A stretch of 63,298 nucleotides of DNA, taken from sequence record SRR22947727_1880; one strand, given 5' to 3'. This document shows positions 1 through 9,274 of the stretch, in pieces. Numbering within the stretch: the stretch's first letter is position 1; the number at the start of each line of letters is the position of its first letter. Below the pieces are notes generated by a model. That model saw only the letters and a list, made by a program, of their open reading frames with translations, did no database searches and was not told where the DNA came from. A program made the position numbers and the translations under genes.

Positions 1-1
1 C

Positions 2-1144
2 GGTGGCGCCGCATCAGATATTCCTGTTGTCAAGCGTCTGAAAGAGCTTGGGTGGACGGTAATTACTGGCGGCACCGAGCCGAAGAGTCCGGCCCACCGT
101 TTGGCGGATGAATACCTTAGGTTTGATTACTCAAAGCCCGATGAAGTTCTAGGTGCCGCAAGGAAAGCAAAGGTCAGTTGCCTGATACCTTCTGGTCACG
201 ACAGGGCCGTATACCCAGCTGCGATTGCTGCACAAGAACTTGGACTTCCGGGTCATGATGCTCCAGAAAATGCCCTCAAATTGCATCGAAAAGATTCGCT
301 CAAGGAAAAATTGAGGCAGGTTGGAATTTCATCTCCTCAAAACTTTGGGAAAGCGGAAGCAAAGGACTTTCTGCGAGACGGAGGACGGCTAATTGTGAAG
401 CCAGTTGGTCTAGCGGGTGGCCGAGGGATTTCGAAGGTCACCACACTTCTCGAATTGGAAAGTGCTCTAGCTCATTCAGAAAGAGTCTCAGGCGATTCGA
501 GCTTCGTCATTGAAGAATTCATCGAAGGCACCAACCATGGAGTGAGCCTCATGGTAGTAGATGGTCAGAGTCACATTGTCTTCAAGGACAACGAATATTA
601 CGGCTCGAATAGATTCAGGGTAGCGGGAGCTCACTCTAAATCTGATTTAACAGCAAATCAACTCTTAATAGTCAATGGTTGGATTCAATCTCTTGTGGAA
701 GACATGAGGCTGGCGGACGGGCTCGTACATCTCCAGGTTATCCTCCAAGGAAACCAAGTCCAAGTGCTCGAAGTAATGCGCAGAATTCCAGGAGACGGGT
801 ACCCTTTGCTTCCCGAGCTTGCCAGCGGCATAGATTTTATGGGCATTTTTCTAGGGGCATATTTGGGTGAAGACTCGCTAGCCGATTCGGCCAATCGTCC
901 CACACGGAATGTTATCCGCCATGTAGTCGGCGCGCAGGAAGAGGGACGGTTCAATGGGATTGCGCTTGCTCCCGAAACATCCGATTTCTTAATTCATAGT
1001 TGCATTTGGGCCAAGAATGGAGAGCAAGTTTTTGACAAAATGAATTGGTCCGCGGGTGCCTTGTACTTCTCGTGTTCCGACAACGATTTCCCCTCCCTAC
1101 TTTCGTCGGTGCGCGAGAGCACTACCGCATCCGTCGAACGTTAA
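2..1144 (+). CDS. ATP-grasp domain protein (5'-partial, frame open from the window edge)
   Basis: Frame from nt 2 reads GGAASDIPVVKRLKELGWTVITGG...LADEY. ATP-grasp motifs IVKPVGLAGGRGI, VIEEFIEG, VHLQ and LEVMRRIPG are present. Confidence 0.8.
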   Translation, partial: GGAASDIPVVKRLKELGWTVITGGTEPKSPAHRLADEYLRFDYSKPDEVLGAARKAKVSCLIPSGHDRAVYPAAIAAQELGLPGHDAPENALKLHRKDSLKEKLRQVGISSPQNFGKAEAKDFLRDGGRLIVKPVGLAGGRGISKVTTLLELESALAHSERVSGDSSFVIEEFIEGTNHGVSLMVVDGQSHIVFKDNEYYGSNRFRVAGAHSKSDLTANQLLIVNGWIQSLVEDMRLADGLVHLQVILQGNQVQVLEVMRRIPGDGYPLLPELASGIDFMGIFLGAYLGEDSLADSANRPTRNVIRHVVGAQEEGRFNGIALAPETSDFLIHSCIWAKNGEQVFDKMNWSAGALYFSCSDNDFPSLLSSVRESTTASVER

Positions 1145-1236
1145 GAAATTGCCGCTCGAACACGGCGGAAGCAAGGGCTTAGGAGACACCGAAATAGAAG
1201 CCAAGTAGACGTCCTAGGCTGCCAGATTGAGGAACC

Positions 1237-1947
1237 CTAATCGCCAACACCCACAATGTCTTCTACCGCTAATTTCGACCTCTCCGGAAATGACAACAAT
1301 AGGGACGTGCCAAAGATTGGAAAATGGTTGTCGCCGGAATTCAGGCTGTCGAGCGCTTCTTTCACGTCCGGATGAAGTGACGATCCGTAATCGTGCCATA
1401 TACAGATTGACCGTTCAGAGGCAATTGTTTCAACGAGCTTATAGTCCGACAGCACGGTTTCTTTCGAGTGACCTCCGTCTACAAAAAACAGATCAAACCG
1501 CCTATTCTCTAGCAACCTGAACAACTCGGTAGACGTGCTGTCCAACTCTACCTCGCTAATGCGATTCCGAGCTCTTGTATTCAGGGCATCGAGATATGGG
1601 GTTCCTCGCGCATCTCGAACACTTGTGAGATATCGGTCATTCTGTCCCCCAGAAACTAGTGACAACTCTGGATCCGGCAAATCGCCCCCCAAACGCGGAA
1701 AATCTATGGTTGTAATTTCCACATCTTCAAGATTACGGACCAGAATTGACGTCGTGTAGCCGGTGTAGGTTCCAAACTCAAGGAGAAATTTCGGCCGAAT
1801 TATTCGTGCGAGGGCCAAAATCACAAAAGACTCAATTAGGGTTGGGCTTCCGATGTCCACTGGTGGAAATGGGTGGGACACCTCTTCCACAACAATATCT
1901 AGCTTCGAGAAAATTTGCTTCGGCTTCAGACCCCTTACGGCTTTCAT
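1237..1947 (-). CDS. Class I SAM-dependent methyltransferase (Methyltransf_24/CmcI-like)
   Basis: LEFGTYTGYTT, FDLFFVDGGHS and IWHDY motifs. Start moved to MKAVRG (ATG 1947), which overlaps the upstream stop as ATGA. Confidence 0.8.
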   Translation of the reverse strand: MKAVRGLKPKQIFSKLDIVVEEVSHPFPPVDIGSPTLIESFVILALARIIRPKFLLEFGTYTGYTTSILVRNLEDVEITTIDFPRLGGDLPDPELSLVSGGQNDRYLTSVRDARGTPYLDALNTRARNRISEVELDSTSTELFRLLENRRFDLFFVDGGHSKETVLSDYKLVETIASERSICIWHDYGSSLHPDVKEALDSLNSGDNHFPIFGTSLLLSFPERSKLAVEDIVGVGD

Positions 1948-2810
1948 GTCGACGGTACTTCTTCTACGAGTTCGGGATATTCCGAGGCAAAAAAGAAAGG
2001 GTACTTGTCTCTCGCTGTCAACCACAATCGACTGGCTGAGCGCACTCTGTGAACGTCAGCGTATCTGGCTGTAAATACCCAGCGAGAACTTTCCAATGTT
2101 CTATTTTTCCCGCTGGCATGCAAGAGCAAACTGTGTTGGACCACTGCGTCTCCCACAGCAATCTCAGGGAGCTCCTCTGAGTTTTCTTGGAAATCGGACG
2201 AGTCTTGCTCAAGACCCGAAAGCCGAAAATACGAGGAACTGTGAAAGTTATTCTTTTCACCCCGAACAAGTTCAACCGGCCGAACTGATAAACTTCCTCG
2301 AACTACCCTCATTCTCCCCATCTCTGAAGAGACAGGCTGAATTGGAGCCCAGACGGTTGCAGCGTCTTCCGCAAGAACGTTGTAAGGGAAATCTTGATGC
2401 CAAGTCAAGATTGTGGAATCATCGCCAGGTCTGTCCACACGAAGGACGTTACTGTCTCCCACAGTCTGAATAGCCGTTGTCTCGAACAACCTCCTCATCA
2501 CGGTTCTCACTGAATCGTGGCCCACCAAAGTTGCAAATGAGGATAGGTCCCCAGGAAGCGTCGATAGGTACCGACGGTTTTCGCCGAGTGACTCCCAAGC
2601 GCGGTTGTAAAGCTGGTCAAGATTGTCTTCTTGGCCGAAAACTATTTCTCTTGAAGCGAGAAGGTAGCGCAGAGTCTCGGAGATTTCGTCAACGACCGCC
2701 AGGAGGTTTTCGGCAGGAAACAAATTCTTTATAAAGAAGAATCCGTCCTTATAGAAAGCATCGCGAGCCTTCGCGAGGTCTTTGTCTGAAGCATCGACCC
2801 ACACATACAT
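1944..2810 (-). CDS. Phytanoyl-CoA dioxygenase (PhyH) family Fe(II)/2OG dioxygenase
   Basis: FYKDGFFFIKNLF N-terminus, WHQD (HxD), TVWAP and HSLLLHASGKNRT..SRW motifs. Confidence 0.85.
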   Translation of the reverse strand: MYVWVDASDKDLAKARDAFYKDGFFFIKNLFPAENLLAVVDEISETLRYLLASREIVFGQEDNLDQLYNRAWESLGENRRYLSTLPGDLSSFATLVGHDSVRTVMRRLFETTAIQTVGDSNVLRVDRPGDDSTILTWHQDFPYNVLAEDAATVWAPIQPVSSEMGRMRVVRGSLSVRPVELVRGEKNNFHSSSYFRLSGLEQDSSDFQENSEELPEIAVGDAVVQHSLLLHASGKNRTLESSRWVFTARYADVHRVRSASRLWLTARDKYPFFFASEYPELVEEVPST

Positions 2811-2848
2811 TTTTCATCAACTCCTCAAATTGAAACCCGGACAAACCA

Positions 2849-3988
2849 ATGCTATTTGAGCCCTACGATAGGACCGTGAAGTACTGGGGAGAGAGTTTTC
2901 TTGACAATGACTGGAGGCTAAGGGTTCTACCTAATGCTTCTCCTTCTGCAGATTTTGCCAAGATAGCATCCCTTCGTTCTCAGGACGCGCCAATTTTCTT
3001 GATTGGCAGGAACGTCGATTCCGAAGTCTTGGCTAATCATCTACCAATTCGCGGGATTATTGACGATTTTGATCACTCAGACTGGCAGAGCAAACGGGCT
3101 TTCCGATCAACTGAGGTTCCAAACGACTCAATTGTGATCACTGCAGTAAGTTCGATCTACCCGAAATCCGTCGAGAGCATGATTCTGGAGAAGCTTTCGA
3201 ACGCGTCGATACTTAGCTATCGCGACATCTATTTGGCCAACTCAAATGACATTCCACAACCGGCTTATGGAATCAGTGTTATGAATGTGAGCTCGAACTT
3301 GGAAACGCTGAATTGGTGCCAGCGCAAAGTTGTTTCGCCGCATGATTTGGAAGTCCTTAGGTCAATCCTTAATTTTCGAATGACGGGATTGACGGAATTT
3401 TTAGAGAACACAATGTTGCCTTCTGGAGAACACTATCTCCACCCAATGCTGCACGAACCGATAGAAACCTTAGTTGACTTTGGAGGCTTCGATGGCGAGA
3501 CCGCACTGAACCTTCACAGGTTTCTTGGCGGGCCCAGAAATGTAATAATTTACGAGCCTGACCACGCCCATAACGCTGAAATTCAGCAAAGGTTCAACGA
3601 AATTAAGTGCAACCTCGAAATTAGGAACGTTGCCGTTTCCGACCGCGAAGCGCGGGGGGAGCTAAACGATTCGGGTCTATCTAGTGCCACTTTTAAGGAA
3701 GCTCGGGAGGGAGAAGTGGTCCAGGTTGCACTGGGCTCGGAGAATTTTCCAGAGGGTCCCTCCGTTTGGAAATTTGACATTGAAGGAGCGGAACTCCGGG
3801 CGCTGTCGAGTGCGCGGACACTCCTTGAGAGGGGTGACGTGCGTCTTGCAATTTCGATTTATCACGACCCCACCCATTTATTTCTGATTCCAGCAATGAT
3901 CAGACAAATATTCCCTAACGCTCAGATTGGATTTGGCCACTACACCGAAGGGTGGTCGGAATCTGTCATGTATGTAGTTCCCGGTTAG
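2849..3988 (+). CDS. FkbM-family methyltransferase
   Basis: VDFGGFDGET, YEPD, KFDIEGAELRAL and LAISIYH motifs. Confidence 0.85.
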   Translation: MLFEPYDRTVKYWGESFLDNDWRLRVLPNASPSADFAKIASLRSQDAPIFLIGRNVDSEVLANHLPIRGIIDDFDHSDWQSKRAFRSTEVPNDSIVITAVSSIYPKSVESMILEKLSNASILSYRDIYLANSNDIPQPAYGISVMNVSSNLETLNWCQRKVVSPHDLEVLRSILNFRMTGLTEFLENTMLPSGEHYLHPMLHEPIETLVDFGGFDGETALNLHRFLGGPRNVIIYEPDHAHNAEIQQRFNEIKCNLEIRNVAVSDREARGELNDSGLSSATFKEAREGEVVQVALGSENFPEGPSVWKFDIEGAELRALSSARTLLERGDVRLAISIYHDPTHLFLIPAMIRQIFPNAQIGFGHYTEGWSESVMYVVPG

Positions 3989-4463
3989 GTCGTGGCTCTC
4001 CATTTGGTGAACACTCGGACCGGCGGCACCGAATCAACGCTAAAGATATTCGCGAACGGTTCGACTAACGTCTCACCCATTTCGAACCATTCCAGTACTT
4101 GGGCTCCGTGGTTCTGTGAACGCTTCTTGAATCATGAGCTTCTGGCCACCTTGCGACCAACGGTAAGCGCGGGTCCAAGAACTCATCGAGATAGCGCTTC
4201 GGTTTGTTCCTTCACTCATTCGGAATCGTACCTTTACACGTGGCAATATTTCCGCATCCGTGACTCTATGAAAAATTCCCAGAGCTAGCCAAACCTAACG
4301 CACCACGAGCGCGAACCAAGGCCATGGTTCTCGCTCGGCAAGTATCACCACAACTAATACCGAATCCTCTCCAGAGAGCACCCAGCTTTGCCTACGCTGT
4401 CGCCGGCATCCAGCCAAAAAGAGGAGGTAAATACCTGCGTAAGTAGCACTGTCTTCGTTGCAG

Positions 4464-5093
4464 CTAGTTCTCCAAGAACCACCCTTTGAGGAGTCGAAGA
4501 CCCTCCTCGCCACTCTTTTCGGGATGGAATTGGGTTGCAAATATTGAACCGGAGCGGATAGCGGCAGGAATCTCATCACCACCGAAAGCCGTTGTTGCAA
4601 GAATTTCCGATTCCAGCGCATTGGTCAAGAAATAGGAATGGTTGAAATAAGCAGTCCTTAGGTCAGGTGATGAAACGCTTTCACCACCAGTGCGCCACGT
4701 GAGGGGCGCCCACCCTGTGTGCGGAATTCGTACGTCTTGGTTGATGGCGCTGTGTTCCCGCAAATGCACGATATCTCCGGTGATGAGCCCAAGCCCGCTC
4801 GTAGCCCCGTTCTCAAAACCGTGTTGAGCGAGTAACTGCATACCTAAACAAATGCCTAGCGTAGGCTTCCCAGACTGAGTCCAGGCGACAATCTCATCTC
4901 CCAGCTTCCTGCGAGCAAGGTGCTCCATTCCATAGATGAAAGACCCCACTCCCGGCAACACCACGTGCGAATAGGTCCGAAGTTTTTCCGGCTCTGCCAC
5001 AAGCTCGGCGTCGATACCCTGACTCACGAACGCCCTCAGAACGTTCAAGATATTTCCAGCACCGTAGTCGACGATCGCAACTTTCCTAGCCAT
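4464..5093 (-). CDS. hisH: HisH-like glutamine amidotransferase (WbuY-type, glycan locus paralog)
   Basis: VAIVDYGAGN, LPGVGSF, LGICLGMQLL and QFHPEKSG triad motifs. Start MARK at 5093 overlaps the end of hisF. Confidence 0.9.
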   Translation of the reverse strand: MARKVAIVDYGAGNILNVLRAFVSQGIDAELVAEPEKLRTYSHVVLPGVGSFIYGMEHLARRKLGDEIVAWTQSGKPTLGICLGMQLLAQHGFENGATSGLGLITGDIVHLREHSAINQDVRIPHTGWAPLTWRTGGESVSSPDLRTAYFNHSYFLTNALESEILATTAFGGDEIPAAIRSGSIFATQFHPEKSGEEGLRLLKGWFLEN

Positions 5094-5862
5094 TTTCTGG
5101 CTCCAACTCTCGAACAGCGATTCCTCGGTCACGGCAAGCTTGCCGGCACTCCACCACTGTGAAGTTGCCCCAATGCAGGCCAGCCCCCAACGCCACGCCA
5201 TCGCAACCAGCTTCCCCCAGTGCCTGAGCGACGTGGGCGGGGGTGCCGGCACCACTCGAGGCAATAAGCGGGACACTAGCTGCATCCCGGACCGACGAGA
5301 GCAACGATAGGTCAATTCCTCGGCGGGTCCCGTCTCGATCAACATTGGTGATTAGGAACTCCCCTGCGCCGTAATCCTGAGCCTTGGTGACCCAGTCGAT
5401 TACCCCAATACCGGTAGGTTGGCGCCCGGCTTCGGTGTAACACTCCCATCCGTGTTCAGGGGTGGTCTTTGCTTCTACGTGGATTACCACTGCCTGAGAA
5501 CCATATTTCTCGGCGATTTCGGAGATCAAGTGTGGTCGAGTAAGTGCTGCTGTGTTGATTGCTACTTTGTCGGCACCCGCCCGAAATAAAGCGTTTGCGT
5601 CTTCGAGTGATCTGATACCCCCACCCACAGTGACCGGCACAAAACACTCTGCCGTTACTTCTCTAATCAGCTCCACCATCGAGTCTCTCCCGTAGAGGCT
5701 CGCGACCGTGTCAATCATGACGATTTCGTCCACACCTTGGTCGTAGTACCTCCTTGCGACGTCCGCTACCGGCCCAACGACCCGCAGGCCCTCCATTTGG
5801 ATGCCTTTGATTACGTTCGGACCCTTAATGTCTAGGCGAGAGATTATTCTGAGGAAGGACAT
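5086..5862 (-). CDS. hisF: HisF-like cyclase subunit (WbuZ-type ammonia channel)
   Basis: RIISRLDIKGPNVIKG, VGGGIRSLED, GADKVAINT, GAGEFLITNVDRDGT. Lies in a glycan locus, not a his operon. Confidence 0.9.
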   Translation of the reverse strand: MSFLRIISRLDIKGPNVIKGIQMEGLRVVGPVADVARRYYDQGVDEIVMIDTVASLYGRDSMVELIREVTAECFVPVTVGGGIRSLEDANALFRAGADKVAINTAALTRPHLISEIAEKYGSQAVVIHVEAKTTPEHGWECYTEAGRQPTGIGVIDWVTKAQDYGAGEFLITNVDRDGTRRGIDLSLLSSVRDAASVPLIASSGAGTPAHVAQALGEAGCDGVALGAGLHWGNFTVVECRQACRDRGIAVRELEPENG

Positions 5863-5868
5863 GTCTGC

Positions 5869-7080
5869 CTAGTGCCAGACAGCGTGCTTCAACACCCAGT
5901 CGCCGTTCCTTTTTTCCCACAGGTGTGGAGACCTAAATGACTCAACGGTGGCGTGAAAGCTGTCCTCTGTATGCGAAATGTAGTCAAGGAACTCGGGAAG
6001 AAAACGATCAGGAAACTCTTGATCAAATTTCTGAACGAGGGCGACGCCCTCGTCGCGGGTGATTTTTCCATTACGAATCTCTTGGGCTGCATCGTAACTG
6101 GCTCGACCGAGACCAAACTTCGCCAGCGTTGTGTAGTAGTGGTAGGGGTCAATCTTGTCGTCGATGCTGCTGTATTTCGAGTATGAACCCTGTGTTCTCT
6201 CGCTGTTGGGTTCAAAGCCCGTGTTCTCCGCTGCATAGTAGAAGCACTCTTGGGGGTCCCACTTCAGGTAGTACCCCAGATAGTGCACCTCGATGCCTGA
6301 CGCTTCCAAATCGCGTGCGTCCGGCGCGATGTAGGGGGAAAAATCATCAATCGTGAAGTCTGTGCTGTTGATGATGTCCTGAATCGTCTCCCCGCCTAGC
6401 CTAATGTCAGAGACGGATTGCTTCGAGAAAAAACTTTTATCCATCGTTGGAACAAAGTTCTCGCTCGCATCATTGCCGTATTCAGCTTGATTTTCCCCAT
6501 ACATCACCAGAGGAATGCCAAACCTCTGTGCAATGAGGGGCCCAATAATTCTTTGCCCCACAATAAAGGGCTGAAAAGGGTGCAGAAGGTTATCAAACGC
6601 CAATTTTGTCAGGTGACGGTGCAGCCTTCCGTTTGGCGTAAAGAGCATGTTGTCCAGGCCACCAACATGCATCCAGTTTTGAAAGTTCTTCCAACCAATT
6701 TCGGTGTAAAGGTGTGGTGCCCAAGTAACTGTGAGCGGGTTCATGCCGTATTTGTACTTCAGAATATGTGCGGTGAACGCGCTATCTTTTCCTCCCGATC
6801 CCGGGACGACCACGTCGTATCCATGAGACTTGACCGCTCTGTCTGCCAAGGCAATGAGTTGCTGTTCGCGCATGTCCCAATCAATGTCGGCGTTCTTGAC
6901 GTCGTTGTAGCGACATGCATCACACACTCCGTCGCCATCGAAGCCGATGGTCGACTTGAGGTCAGCCGCGCTCGCCAAAAACTCCCTCGTTGAGCTGGGC
7001 CTCTGGTTACTGATGACACAGGACGAACAGAACTTCACATCGAGGGGCAGTCCATACCGCCCAGTTGTCTCTGTGCTCAC
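5869..7080 (-). CDS. N-acetyl sugar amidotransferase (WbuX/PseA/PtmG family)
   Basis: CxxC...CDAC Zn motifs, PP-loop PGSGGKDS, YGENQAEYG and IRNGKITRDEG. Adjacent to hisF/hisH paralogs. Confidence 0.9.
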   Translation of the reverse strand: MSTETTGRYGLPLDVKFCSSCVISNQRPSSTREFLASAADLKSTIGFDGDGVCDACRYNDVKNADIDWDMREQQLIALADRAVKSHGYDVVVPGSGGKDSAFTAHILKYKYGMNPLTVTWAPHLYTEIGWKNFQNWMHVGGLDNMLFTPNGRLHRHLTKLAFDNLLHPFQPFIVGQRIIGPLIAQRFGIPLVMYGENQAEYGNDASENFVPTMDKSFFSKQSVSDIRLGGETIQDIINSTDFTIDDFSPYIAPDARDLEASGIEVHYLGYYLKWDPQECFYYAAENTGFEPNSERTQGSYSKYSSIDDKIDPYHYYTTLAKFGLGRASYDAAQEIRNGKITRDEGVALVQKFDQEFPDRFLPEFLDYISHTEDSFHATVESFRSPHLWEKRNGDWVLKHAVWH

Positions 7081-8222
7081 TATTTCTCTTTCTCGCCAAA
7101 ACCGGGGCGATCAATAAATTGCTTTTGGATGGGTTCTTCCCAACGACTAGCCTGCTGGAGAATTCCGACAAACCGCTCCACGCTGCGCCCGTCGCCAAAG
7201 TTTTTTTCCGGCACTCGCACCGCCGCTTCCGCTACTTTCAGGGACCGTGATACGGCCTCAGCGGTGATGTCCGTGTCTATGACCAAGGCTGATCGCACAC
7301 GATTATTCTGCCGGCTTCCCAGATTTATAGCTGGAACACCGTAGTGGGGAGCTTCTCGAATACCGGAGCTGGAATTTCCAATGATGAAGTCCGCCTTTCG
7401 CAAAATCGAGAGGAAATACTCAAAACGCATCGAGGGGAAAAAGTGAAGTGTAGGAATATCCTGGTAATCGCCAAAAACACGCCTAATTTTGTCCGAGCCC
7501 CAGTCGTTATTGGATTCGATAACTATCATCTCTCGGCCATCTGCTACCAGTGCGTCCATCACGACCCGGGTGTTCGCTTCAATCGACTCCAATTCGGTCG
7601 TTACCGGGTGAAAAATGAGAATGCCATACCGGTCAAGATGGAGCCCGTAATGCCCCAGGGATTCCTCGATGCTTGGCAAATTAGGCGAATCCATCGCGTC
7701 AATGTCGGGTGACCCAATGACGAAAACGTCCTCGTTCGCTTCGCCCAACTGAAGAAGACGATTGCGCGCCTCCTCATTGGAAACAAAGTGCCAATGGGAG
7801 AGCTTGGACACAGCGTGTCGCAGCACCTCGTCAACGGTGCCAGAAAGCTCACCACCCTCGATGTGGGCGACCCGAATGTTATTGAGGGTCCCCACAATCG
7901 CGCCCGCGAGAGCTTCGACCCGGTCACCATGCACTACGACCAAATCGGTTGGGCTTTCTTTGACATAATCTGACAAGCCAGTCACGGTCTTAGCCAACAC
8001 AATGTCCATCGAATCACCAGGGGCTTGATTGACAAATGGATAGACCGGCGCCAGGCCCGAACCGACCACTTCTTCCCAGGTAGAGCCAAAGCGTTCCAGC
8101 ATGTGCATACCGGTGACAAAGATCTGTGGGACGAAACCCTCGGTGTCTCGCATCGCACCAATAAGTGGCTTCAGCTTTCCAAAATCTGCTCGCGTACCCG
8201 TCAGAAAAAGTGCCTTTTTCAT
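7080..8222 (-). CDS. neuC: UDP-N-acetylglucosamine 2-epimerase (hydrolysing)
   Basis: TGTRADFGKLKP, VTGMH, HGDRVEALA, HIEGGELSGTVDE, GNSSSGIREAP. Confidence 0.95.
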   Translation of the reverse strand: MKKALFLTGTRADFGKLKPLIGAMRDTEGFVPQIFVTGMHMLERFGSTWEEVVGSGLAPVYPFVNQAPGDSMDIVLAKTVTGLSDYVKESPTDLVVVHGDRVEALAGAIVGTLNNIRVAHIEGGELSGTVDEVLRHAVSKLSHWHFVSNEEARNRLLQLGEANEDVFVIGSPDIDAMDSPNLPSIEESLGHYGLHLDRYGILIFHPVTTELESIEANTRVVMDALVADGREMIVIESNNDWGSDKIRRVFGDYQDIPTLHFFPSMRFEYFLSILRKADFIIGNSSSGIREAPHYGVPAINLGSRQNNRVRSALVIDTDITAEAVSRSLKVAEAAVRVPEKNFGDGRSVERFVGILQQASRWEEPIQKQFIDRPGFGEKEK

Positions 8223-9274
8223 CGAGCGACATCACCATCCTCGAGCGCGGAGCGCTTCAACTGGAACCCTGCGGGAGCTGACTCAATCACTCTGGTCCCA
8301 TAGAGCTCCTCAAGGTCAGTCGGGCCAAAGTCGCCACCGCCTGGCCTCTTGACCCAGATGTTTTGCGGACCTAGAACATCCCCGGGTTGCAAATCTCGGG
8401 TGGCCACCACTGAAGCAAAAGCAAAGGCGATGGTAACCGCTTCCTCATCAGCGGGCTCCTTCGAGCCTCCCGATGCTTCAAACACCTCCTGCGAGGCCTC
8501 GATAAGTTGGCGGGCCTCGTCTGGGGTCATCGAACACGCGATATCCGGGCCCACTCGACTCGGCGAATCTGTGAAATGGCGCTCCAGGATTCGAGCGCCA
8601 AGGGCCACTGATGCGATGCAGGCACTGTTGCTTGTCGAATGATCAGACAAACCAAGAACAGCATCAGGAAAAGCGTCTGCGAGTGCGCTGAGCCCTCCCA
8701 GTCGAATCAAATAGTTCGGTGTTGGATACAAATTGGTGGTGTGCAAGAGCGCAAACGGGACACCGGAATCTCGCAAGATTTCAACAGAGGGAGCTACTGA
8801 CTCGATGGTATTCATCCCCGTGCTCAAAATGACAGGCTTCCCGATAGCCGCAATGTGCTTCACTAGCGGGTAGTTGTTGCATTCCCCGGAGCCAATCTTG
8901 TACAGCGGAACATCCCAACTGGCAAGCCGGTCGGCCGCCTCTCGAGAAAATGGCGTGCTAAAAAATACGCCACCCCTGTTGTTGACGTGTTGCATCAACG
9001 CATATTCGTCGGCTTCACTCAGCGTGCAACGCTCGATGACCTCGTAAATAGAAACGTCTGCATTTCCGGGTTTGATGGTCTTAGCTTCTTCGGACATCTC
9101 TGCATACGGAATATGAGTTTGGTGCTTGATAAACCTCACCCCGGCGTCCAAAGCAGCATCAGCCATTTGCCGGGCAACCGCGAGTGAACCCTCGTGGTTA
9201 ATACCGATTTCAGCGACGACCACCGGCGCATGACGGTCGCCGAATGAAACACCACCCACCCTAAATTCCGACAT
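8219..9274 (-). CDS. neuB: N-acetylneuraminate synthase with C-terminal SAF/antifreeze-like domain
   Basis: AEIGINHEGS, KHQTH, STPFS, KIGSGECNNYP, LSTGM, GLSDH, LERHFT, VKRPGGG. Start MSEFRVGG at 9274. Confidence 0.95.
   Translation of the reverse strand: MSEFRVGGVSFGDRHAPVVVAEIGINHEGSLAVARQMADAALDAGVRFIKHQTHIPYAEMSEEAKTIKPGNADVSIYEVIERCTLSEADEYALMQHVNNRGGVFFSTPFSREAADRLASWDVPLYKIGSGECNNYPLVKHIAAIGKPVILSTGMNTIESVAPSVEILRDSGVPFALLHTTNLYPTPNYLIRLGGLSALADAFPDAVLGLSDHSTSNSACIASVALGARILERHFTDSPSRVGPDIACSMTPDEARQLIEASQEVFEASGGSKEPADEEAVTIAFAFASVVATRDLQPGDVLGPQNIWVKRPGGGDFGPTDLEELYGTRVIESAPAGFQLKRSALEDGDVAR

Noticed and set aside
4464-5862. hisF/hisH as histidine biosynthesis genes
   Set aside because: They are coupled to a WbuX-type amidotransferase with no other his genes nearby, so they are the glycan-locus paralogs.
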